DNA from: a virus | Lineage: Duplodnaviria > Heunggongvirae > Uroviricota > Caudoviricetes > Schitoviridae | Length of the DNA stretch: 64,000 bases | Reading direction: 5' to 3' (one strand) | IMG/VR virus record: IMGVR_UViG_3300024257_000004 | Shown: in pieces, positions 57,735-64,000 of the stretch | Layout: each line of letters begins with the position of its first letter | Numbering within the stretch: the first letter of the stretch is position 1 | Notes under the pieces: model-generated | The model's input: the letters and a program-made list of their open reading frames with translations, nothing else | What the model was told of the DNA's origin: nothing | The model's database searches: none | Position numbers and translations under genes: made by a program

Positions 57735-58967
57735 ATGAGTAAGCTAAAAAAATACAAATACGAAGATCTAACAGATCAGGATAAGATTGATATCTATACA
57801 CAGTTGAAGCGCAGAAACCTTGCCGTTGTTGAGGAATTCTACGTAAGATTTGGTAAAAAAGAAAGAACTCTATATAGCTGGAAAAAGAATATTAGAGAAG
57901 AGATTGAGGCTGGTAAACTAATACTTACTGGTTGGGATAATAGTAAAAACGCGGCGTGTAACGATTATGAGGTTAACGGAGTAAGTGCTGAGGTTAGAGA
58001 GTTAATGAAACCTAAAGCTACCAGTACACTGTATGGGCCAGACGGCGAAGTTAAGTTAGAATGGGTAAAGAGTGACATTCAAAAAGATAATGCCTTAGAG
58101 ACTTACGAAAAGGCTTTAAATGTGCTAAGCGAAAGTTTAATAGAAAGTAGAAAACCTATTAAAGTACCTAAGGTTAGTAATTCTGATTCTATGACTGTGT
58201 ACACTATTGGTGATGCGCACGTTGGTATGTTAGCCCATAAAGCTGAAACCGGTAATGATAACGACTTAAAGACCGTAGAAGACGACCTTGTTATAGCTAT
58301 GACTATGCTTACTGAGCAGTCTGTTGCTACAGAAGAAGCGTTTATTATTGATGTTGGAGATTACTTCCACAGTGATAATCAAAGTAACACGACTGCCGCT
58401 AGCGGTAACAGGCTTGATGTTGATGGTAGATACCATAAGGTACTAGAGGTTGGGTTAAGAATGACTACAGAGTTGGTTGATATGGCACTTACTAAACATA
58501 AAGTAGTTAGATGGAGATCAGCTATCGGTAACCATAATGAACATACCGCGTTAATGATCAATGCATTCTTAAAAGCTTACTACAGAAATGAGTCTAGGGT
58601 TATTGTACATGACACACCTAACATGTTAATGTATCACCAATTTGGTAAGAATTTGATTGGAATTACACATGGGCATACGGTTAAAGCTGATAAGCTTGGT
58701 GAAATAATGTCGGTTGATTGTGAAGAGTTATGGTCAAGTACTAAGAATAGGTATTGGTATACTGGTCATGTTCACCACTTAAGTACTAAAGAGTACCCAA
58801 GTTGTGTAGTTGAAACATTTAGAACATTATCAGGTAAAGACGCGTGGCACTCTGCAAGTGGCTATAGAAGTGGTCAAGATATGAAAGCAATTACATTGCA
58901 TAAAGACTTCGGTGAGGTTGGTAGAAACACCGTTAACATTGCTGCTATACAGAATCGCCAGAACTAA
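57735..58967 (+). CDS. Calcineurin-like metallophosphoesterase (Mre11/SbcD-like fold) with N-terminal extension
   Basis: 410 aa with the motifs VYTIGDAHVG, DVGDYFH, GNHNE and GHVHH. Confidence 0.6.
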   Translation: MSKLKKYKYEDLTDQDKIDIYTQLKRRNLAVVEEFYVRFGKKERTLYSWKKNIREEIEAGKLILTGWDNSKNAACNDYEVNGVSAEVRELMKPKATSTLYGPDGEVKLEWVKSDIQKDNALETYEKALNVLSESLIESRKPIKVPKVSNSDSMTVYTIGDAHVGMLAHKAETGNDNDLKTVEDDLVIAMTMLTEQSVATEEAFIIDVGDYFHSDNQSNTTAASGNRLDVDGRYHKVLEVGLRMTTELVDMALTKHKVVRWRSAIGNHNEHTALMINAFLKAYYRNESRVIVHDTPNMLMYHQFGKNLIGITHGHTVKADKLGEIMSVDCEELWSSTKNRYWYTGHVHHLSTKEYPSCVVETFRTLSGKDAWHSASGYRSGQDMKAITLHKDFGEVGRNTVNIAAIQNRQN

Positions 58968-59001
58968 GCTAGGATAAAGGGATTGGACGGTAAAATGTGG
59001 T

Positions 59002-59451
59002 ATGATTAATTTAGTAATAGCAAGTAAAAGATATAGTAAAACCGATAGCAGGTTTAACACGTTTATGGCTGACGTAACTAAGTGTATCACAGAGTCGCCG
59101 TACTACCACACTGAGGTAATATTTGACGGGTTGTGGTATAGTATGAACACAGACGGGATGTCTGCTGGTGCGTTAAGACCTTTAGAGGATAATTGGGATT
59201 ACCAGTTGGTAGAAGTTGACGATAAGTTTGAAGATATAATTAGACAGTGGTTTGAATGGACTACCGATAAAGAGTACGATTGGATGGGTGCAGTAAGAGC
59301 ACAGTACAGCTGGTTTCCTGAAAGTAAAGATAAATATTTTTGTACGGAATTTGTCGGTGACTTACTACAAGCGTGCGACGTTCGTAGTATATGTACGATA
59401 GACACTAGTAAGTTAACTCCTGGTGAATTGTACGAATTGCTTGACAAGTAA
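59002..59451 (+). CDS. Hypothetical protein
   Basis: 149-aa ORF. Confidence 0.45.
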   Translation: MINLVIASKRYSKTDSRFNTFMADVTKCITESPYYHTEVIFDGLWYSMNTDGMSAGALRPLEDNWDYQLVEVDDKFEDIIRQWFEWTTDKEYDWMGAVRAQYSWFPESKDKYFCTEFVGDLLQACDVRSICTIDTSKLTPGELYELLDK

Positions 59452-59733
59452 TGTTTAAAATAGATCACTTACCCAAATGAGCTTACACTGCTGAAGAGTG
59501 GGGTGAGCTCAAGAAGGGCGCGTACGCGGCGGTAGGAGATACGTTGTATTCTAGGTTTAAGGAGAATATAAGTAAACCTGCTGTAAAATGTCAATCTATA
59601 AAAGGTTTACTTCGCAGTAGAAGTACTACCATAGACGAATAGAAAGGTTAAACATGAACGTATGTATAAGTTGTGGTGATACTGTACCAGACACTTACGT
59701 AGTTTCCCCTAACTGTTCAAATAAATAATTTAT

Positions 59734-59809
59734 GCTGTTGTAGCTCAGTTGGTAGAGCACCTCACTTGTAATGAGGCGGTCGGTGGTTCAAATCCTCTCA
59801 ACAGCTCCA
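59734..59809 (+). tRNA. tRNA-Thr (anticodon UGU)
   Basis: GCUGUUG-UA-GCUC-AGUUGGU-AGAGC-A-CCUCA-CUUGUAA-UGAGG...CAACAGC-U-CCA. The cloverleaf has a 7-bp acceptor stem and an encoded CCA. Confidence 0.8.
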
Positions 59810-59810
59810 C

Positions 59811-59886
59811 GGGGAATTAGCTCAGCTGGGAGAGCGTCTGCCTTGCACGTAGAAGGTCATCGGTTCGAACCCGATATTCTCCACCA
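59811..59886 (+). tRNA. tRNA-Ala (anticodon UGC)
   Basis: GGGGAAU-UA-GCUC-AGCUGGGA-GAGC-G-UCUGC-CUUGCAC-GUAGA-AGGUC-AUCGG-UUCGAAC-CCGAU-AUUCUCC-A-CCA. A G3:U70 pair is present, as expected for tRNA-Ala. Confidence 0.85.
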
Positions 59887-60022
59887 TATGAATTTATTAG
59901 ACACTGATTATGGAACCGGTAAATTAACTGGGGACTATTGAGTTAGAACACAATCTCTGTTCCGTGAATTCACAACACATATCTGCTCCGCCTCTCTATG
60001 AAGCGCAACCGAGCAGGTCTTT

Positions 60023-60097
60023 GGTCCCTTCATCTAATGGTTAGGATTTTGGATTTTCATTCCAACCATAGGAGTTCGAATCTCCTAGGGATCACCA
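60023..60097 (+). tRNA. tRNA-Glu (anticodon UUC)
   Basis: GGUCCCU-UC-AUCU-AAUGGUUA-GGAU-U-UUGGA-UUUUCAU-UCCAA-CCAU-AGGAG-UUCGAAU-CUCCU-AGGGAUC-A-CCA. Confidence 0.8.
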
Positions 60098-60100
60098 TAT

Positions 60101-60174
60101 TGACGTATCGCCAAGCGGTAAGGCCGTAGCTTTTGGTGCTACTATCCTAGGTTCGATCCCTAGTGCGTCATCCA
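60101..60174 (+). tRNA. tRNA-Gln (anticodon UUG)
   Basis: UGACGUA...GUAGC-UUUUGGU-GCUAC-UAUC-CUAGG-UUCGAUC-CCUAG-UGCGUCA-U-CCA. Confidence 0.8.
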
Positions 60175-60189
60175 TAAATAATAATAAGT

Positions 60190-60266
60190 GCGGTTGTAGT
60201 TTAGTTGGTTAGAATGCCTGCCTGTCACGCAGGAGGTCGCGAGTTCGAGTCTCGTCAACCGCGCCA
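60190..60266 (+). tRNA. tRNA-Asp (anticodon GUC)
   Basis: GCGGUUG-UA-GUUU-AGUUGGUUA-GAAU-G-CCUGC-CUGUCAC-GCAGG-AGGUC-GCGAG-UUCGAGU-CUCGU-CAACCGC-G-CCA. Confidence 0.85.
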
Positions 60267-60271
60267 CTTTT

Positions 60272-60347
60272 TCCGAATTAGCTCAGTTGGTAGAGCGCAC
60301 GACTGTTAATCGTGTTGTCGATGGTTCGAGCCCATCATTCGGAGCCA
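60272..60347 (+). tRNA. tRNA-Asn (anticodon GUU)
   Basis: UCCGAAU-UA-GCUC-AGUUGGU-AGAGC-G-CACGA-CUGUUAA-UCGUG-UUGUC-GAUGG-UUCGAGC-CCAUC-AUUCGGA-G-CCA. Confidence 0.85.
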
Positions 60348-60362
60348 CAAATTTAAAATGTA

Positions 60363-60450
60363 GAGAGTTGACAGAGTTGGTCGAATGTACCGGTTTTGAA
60401 AACCGGCGAGGTTTACGCCTCCAGCGGTTCGAATCCGCTACTCTCTGCCA
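60363..60450 (+). tRNA. tRNA-Ser (anticodon UGA), type II with long variable arm
   Basis: AGAGAGU...CCGGU-UUUGAAA-ACCGG-(variable arm CGAGGUUUACGCCUCC)-AGCGG-UUCGAAU-CCGCU-ACUCUCU-G-CCA. Confidence 0.8.
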
Positions 60451-60524
60451 TTACTTATCCCCAAATTAAGCTTACTAAAAGATTCATATGCTACAATAAG
60501 TCAATAAATATACAAAGGGTACAC

Positions 60525-60752
60525 ATGACATGTGATAGATGTAATAAAACTAATAGTGAATTCAGCACGTTTGATGTGCGAGTATCATTAGATGAGGTAG
60601 CTCAACGTAGTAGATTCAATGGATCTAGTTGGACTAGACGACTGTTTAAAAAGTACTTAGGTGTTTTACTTAAAGATCCTGTAACTAAAACTGTTAACGT
60701 GTGTCAGACTTGTACTAGCAGAATGCTCAGGAAACTAGATAAGGATAAATAA
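60525..60752 (+). CDS. Small zinc-ribbon protein (start moved to internal Met outside the tRNA)
   Basis: AAAGGG-N6-ATG at 60525. The product MTCDRCNKTN...VCQTCTS has two CxxC pairs. The 5' extension in the ORF track overlaps tRNA-Ser. Confidence 0.5.
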   Translation: MTCDRCNKTNSEFSTFDVRVSLDEVAQRSRFNGSSWTRRLFKKYLGVLLKDPVTKTVNVCQTCTSRMLRKLDKDK

Positions 60753-60973
60753 TGGGTTTACTAGCAAATAAAATAACAGCTATGCCCCAGGCTAATAATG
60801 GACCGCAAAAACCATCTCCGGCAGCTATAAAGTACTTTGAGATTTTACGTAAAAGTATAGGTAACGTACCTAAGGCTACACCAAAGGTAGAAGCTGGGAA
60901 ACCTAAGCTAGACTTAGATAAACACTTCAGTTTTAATCCTGGTAAAGACTTCGAAAATATAGATTGGAAATAG
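60752..60973 (+). CDS. Hypothetical protein
   Basis: 73-aa ORF in an ATGA overlap with the upstream gene. Confidence 0.45.
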   Translation: MGLLANKITAMPQANNGPQKPSPAAIKYFEILRKSIGNVPKATPKVEAGKPKLDLDKHFSFNPGKDFENIDWK

Positions 60974-60974
60974 T

Positions 60975-61313
60975 GTGAATTGGAGGCGCTCTAGAGAGTA
61001 TAGGGTTTGGAGAGCCTCAGTTGTTCGAAAAGGTAAAGTGTGTCATATATGCAAGTCAAGTCGTAGAAGACAGGCTCACCATATAAAGAACGGATCGCAT
61101 CACCCTGAAAGTAGGTACGACGTAGATAACGGTGTAGTACTTTGCAGAGACTGTCATTCACAACTGCATAACAATTACAAGCATAGTTATAGGATGAAAA
61201 CTACTGATAAAGACTGGGATAATTTCAAAGCTTTAGCTAACTATTATATTCAATTAGGTAAACTACAATATATAAAACAGTATAATAGGGAATTACATGG
61301 TAGTAGGTTATAA
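60975..61313 (+). CDS. HNH endonuclease
   Basis: 112 aa with the motif CHICKSSRRRQAHHIKNGSHHPESRYDVDNGVVLCRDCHSQLH (C..C...HH...N...C..C..H). Confidence 0.75.
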   Translation: MNWRRSREYRVWRASVVRKGKVCHICKSSRRRQAHHIKNGSHHPESRYDVDNGVVLCRDCHSQLHNNYKHSYRMKTTDKDWDNFKALANYYIQLGKLQYIKQYNRELHGSRL

Positions 61314-61497
61314 GTTTGATGATGTATATCCAAGTAAGTTGGACGAAGTAATAGACTACGTAGAGGATGAGTTAGTTCGTAGTACAGAACTCACAGGTAT
61401 AGGCTATACTGCGGTGTACTACCTGAACGATAACGGTACTATATACGCTGATGTGTTTGAAGAGCTGATTGAGTCAGATGAGTTTCCTACGAACTAA
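61297..61497 (+). CDS. Hypothetical acidic protein
   Basis: 66-aa ORF. Confidence 0.4.
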   Translation: MVVGYKFDDVYPSKLDEVIDYVEDELVRSTELTGIGYTAVYYLNDNGTIYADVFEELIESDEFPTN

Positions 61498-62011
61498 TGA
61501 CGACGGAACCGTTACAGGTAGACGTAATAGTAAAAAGAAGAAGACATACCCAAGGAAAGCTGAGGGCATAGTCTACATTATAAAGAGTAAACTTAGATGT
61601 GGTACTGTGTTATATAAGATAGGGTACACTACTAGACGTGGGATCAATGAACGGTTAGCTGAGAACTTACTAGGATTCTTTACACAATACAGGTATATCC
61701 CAGAAACAGACGTACGTAAATATAGTAAAACTCCATATTACTCGGAAGTAGAGGCGCTACTACATAGAGGTTACAACGACGTTAGGTATGTATTTGATAA
61801 GAAGTTCGGAGGCAGTACTGAATGGTTCCATATAGAAGACGAAGAATCGCTGATAAAAGCTTATGAAGAAATTATGGCTGATCCGCTAGACTACGTAACA
61901 CCCACCAAATCAGCTTCAGCTAAGCAAGAAGAGCTAGCTGAAGAAGACGCTACCCAAGCAAGTATGATGGATATTGAACCTGTCAATATGATGGATATCG
62001 ACTACACTTAA
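61469..62011 (+). CDS. GIY-YIG-like (T5orf172-type) domain protein
   Basis: GIVYIIKSKLRCGTVLYKIGYTTRRGINERL has a GIY...YKIGYT...R...E arrangement, typical of T5orf172 and Meiotically up-regulated 113-like GIY-YIG domains. Confidence 0.55.
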   Translation: MSQMSFLRTNDDGTVTGRRNSKKKKTYPRKAEGIVYIIKSKLRCGTVLYKIGYTTRRGINERLAENLLGFFTQYRYIPETDVRKYSKTPYYSEVEALLHRGYNDVRYVFDKKFGGSTEWFHIEDEESLIKAYEEIMADPLDYVTPTKSASAKQEELAEEDATQASMMDIEPVNMMDIDYT

Positions 62012-62080
62012 GAAAACTTTCAGAAACATTCGGATACACTAAAAAATATAATAATTCTATAAACCGAAAGAGGCAAATTA

Positions 62081-62857
62081 ATGGCTGACGCAATTGATCC
62101 TACGGTACCGCAATCAGGTACACACAATATAACAAAAGATAAACTAAAAACATTCTTACCCAAAGGTAGTAGCCATCAAGTAACAGATGAAATACTGAGT
62201 ATGATCACAGGTATGGAAGACGATACCGGACTACTTCAAGATTATATGGAAGAAAGTGTGCTGTCACACATGCACGTATTCAAGACTATGAAGAAGGTTG
62301 ACTTAAAAGACTACGTTAACGCTATTAAGTATTGTAACCTAAAACAGAACATGAGTAACAAGAAAGCTTGGGAAATCACATTCCCAACTGTGTATACTAG
62401 ATTATCAGAAAAGATAGCTAATGGCGAAAAAGCTGGATCAATCGATGCTAACGTATACATGTATGATAAGAGTGACATAGTTACTAAGATTAGTGCAGAG
62501 ATGATGATTAGCGCTCATATACAGTACGCCCCTATGTTCCACGCATCAGTTAGGAAGCAGTTTGAGTTAATGAACGGTAAAGCCGCTGGCGGAATGAATG
62601 TAAGTGCCCACGTACAGCACTTAGCTGCTAAAGAATTAAGAGAGATAACTCAGATGCCTGAAGATAACAGTATTGAGTTGAAGATAGGGCCGACTGATGA
62701 AGCTAAGAAAAGCCAAGATAAATTATTCGATCAAATGAATACACTGGCGTTACAGCAGCAACAGTTGCTTGCTGAGGGTCATGATATAACTAAAGTACAA
62801 AAACTTAATATTAAGATGACAGTAGAAGAAGATATAGAGGATGCTGAATATGAGTAG
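62081..62857 (+). CDS. Hypothetical protein
   Basis: 258-aa ORF immediately upstream of the terminase gene. Confidence 0.5.
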   Translation: MADAIDPTVPQSGTHNITKDKLKTFLPKGSSHQVTDEILSMITGMEDDTGLLQDYMEESVLSHMHVFKTMKKVDLKDYVNAIKYCNLKQNMSNKKAWEITFPTVYTRLSEKIANGEKAGSIDANVYMYDKSDIVTKISAEMMISAHIQYAPMFHASVRKQFELMNGKAAGGMNVSAHVQHLAAKELREITQMPEDNSIELKIGPTDEAKKSQDKLFDQMNTLALQQQQLLAEGHDITKVQKLNIKMTVEEDIEDAEYE

Positions 62858-64000
62858 GCTTCCTACTGCAGTATACGATTGGCCAACAACAGCAGAGGGG
62901 GTAATAGAGTGCTTCGCTGATGGTAATTTATCTGTGGATAAGATGTTGGACTACCCGGACGTATCGCTAGATTGGTATGTACCAAGCTTAGATGCAATAG
63001 ACTTCATAAACACTATAAGGTTAATACTTGGAGATGAGCCGGAGAATACAAACCCCAAAGCGCATTACTTCCTTATAGACTGTATATTCCAGCATGATAA
63101 TGTAAAACCGTACTTCGCAGCTAGAGGGATAGACTTCGATGAGATGAAGGGGCGAACAGTTGTAATGGCAACCAGAGAGTTCGGTAAGTCAGTATTCGTA
63201 GTGTTCCTGATTCTGTACTTAGCTGTTAAAGGTGAGATGCCAGGGTTCGGTAAAGTTAGGTATGGTATATATGTATCAGACTCTATGCGTAATGGTGTAG
63301 AGACTACGATGACTACTATAGCTAAAGTATACTACGAGAGTGAATATCTGCAGAGTATGTTTGAAGAAACTAGGTTAATACAGACTGAGATAAACTTTAT
63401 ACGAAAGCCCAGAACTAAAAAAGAGATTGCAGTATACAAGCACCACGTAGAGGATATGGGTAAAGAAGCTAAGACTGTTCCAGGTAGGATGAAACGAACG
63501 TTGTCAATTAAAGGGTTAGGAGCTGCTACAGGTGGAAGGGGTTCCAGAGATGGGCTTGCTAGACCTGAGTTTGCTATATTCGATGATATGATACCTAATG
63601 AAAAAGATGCTGAATCAGATACTATACTAAGTAACATCGAATCGACTATTGAAGCCGATGTACTAAAAGCGCTTAGCGGTAATGGTAACTTTGCTATAGC
63701 TATTGGTACTCCGTATAATAAGAAGGATCCGATATATAGAAGAATTGAAGATGGTTCGTGGTTACCTGTAGTATTCCCTAGAGCAGAGAAACCTCCGGTT
63801 GACGGTATGAAAGAAGAAGAGTTCAACAGCGTATGGCCAGATAGGCATGATTATAGGCAATGCAGAAAAGACTATGTAATAGCTAAGAAAGCTCAAGATA
63901 GCGGTAATGAGTTCCCTATGAGATCACTAATGCAAGAGAACTACCTGAGAATTAGTAATGATGCTGATAGATTAGTTCCTGCTCCGTTGATTCAATGGTA
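62850..64000 (+). CDS. terL: Terminase large subunit, N-terminal ATPase domain (runs off the window end)
   Basis: The ATG at 62850 overlaps the upstream stop. Walker A is VVMATREFGKS and Walker B is EFAIFDDM. The open frame runs to the window end and is absent from the ORF track because it has no stop. The antisense ORF 63332-63826 is considered spurious. Confidence 0.8.
   Translation, partial: MSRLPTAVYDWPTTAEGVIECFADGNLSVDKMLDYPDVSLDWYVPSLDAIDFINTIRLILGDEPENTNPKAHYFLIDCIFQHDNVKPYFAARGIDFDEMKGRTVVMATREFGKSVFVVFLILYLAVKGEMPGFGKVRYGIYVSDSMRNGVETTMTTIAKVYYESEYLQSMFEETRLIQTEINFIRKPRTKKEIAVYKHHVEDMGKEAKTVPGRMKRTLSIKGLGAATGGRGSRDGLARPEFAIFDDMIPNEKDAESDTILSNIESTIEADVLKALSGNGNFAIAIGTPYNKKDPIYRRIEDGSWLPVVFPRAEKPPVDGMKEEEFNSVWPDRHDYRQCRKDYVIAKKAQDSGNEFPMRSLMQENYLRISNDADRLVPAPLIQW

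Noticed and set aside
60287-60469. Plus-strand 60-aa ORF and the 5' part of the 118-aa ORF (60396-60524)
   Set aside because: They are superimposed on the tRNA-Asn and tRNA-Ser genes. The real downstream protein starts at an internal Met with RBS (60525).
63332-63826. Minus-strand 164-aa ORF
   Set aside because: It is antisense to the terminase large-subunit frame, which carries clear Walker A and B motifs. Its Ser/Leu/Pro-rich composition is typical of a spurious frame.
1-64000. Integrase, excisionase or attachment sites (prophage boundary)
   Set aside because: No tyrosine or serine recombinase motifs or flanking direct repeats were seen. The gene content (RNAP, DNA polymerase, RNR, tRNA arrays, homing endonucleases) fits a virulent phage segment rather than an integrated element.

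Overview
This 64 kb window is a gene-dense, AT-rich (~37% GC) segment of a large virulent phage of a Gram-negative host. A lipobox lipoprotein, a SAR-type GH24 endolysin and an autotransporter-like subtilase point to the Gram-negative host. Positions 1-56389 are almost entirely minus-strand genes. They encode nucleotide metabolism (NrdB partial, NrdA), a replication and recombination module (Ser/Thr phosphatase, SF1 helicase, ATP-dependent DNA ligase, RecA-like ATPase, primase-like protein, a family A DNA polymerase, PD-(D/E)xK nuclease, Dda-like helicase), and a CobS/CobT-like AAA+/vWA pair. They also encode a NAD+ salvage cassette (Nudix, Nampt, Nmnat), a lysis cassette (SAR endolysin with holin-like proteins), and noncanonical tRNA-like genes. 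Further minus-strand genes include a block of unknowns with three tandem paralogs and an 827-aa AAA_5 ATPase, a secreted S8 subtilase, a sigma-region-4-like protein, and a SpoT-like HD protein. A 642-aa single-subunit T7/N4-RNAPII-like RNA polymerase is the last large minus-strand gene. The DNA polymerase is split into three ORFs: a group I intron carrying an HNH homing endonuclease interrupts motif A, and the exonuclease and polymerase parts are in different frames. A divergent GC-richer region at 56390-56965 carries repeats and a sigma70-like promoter. It switches to plus-strand genes: a ParB-like protein, a metallophosphoesterase, seven canonical tRNAs (Thr, Ala, Glu, Gln, Asp, Asn, Ser), HNH and GIY-YIG endonucleases, and the start of the terminase large subunit. 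A 20-nt motif (CTTATCATAAATTAACGAAG) recurs four times upstream of leftward genes. It is a candidate promoter for the phage RNA polymerase. No CRISPR array, rRNA or integrase was found.
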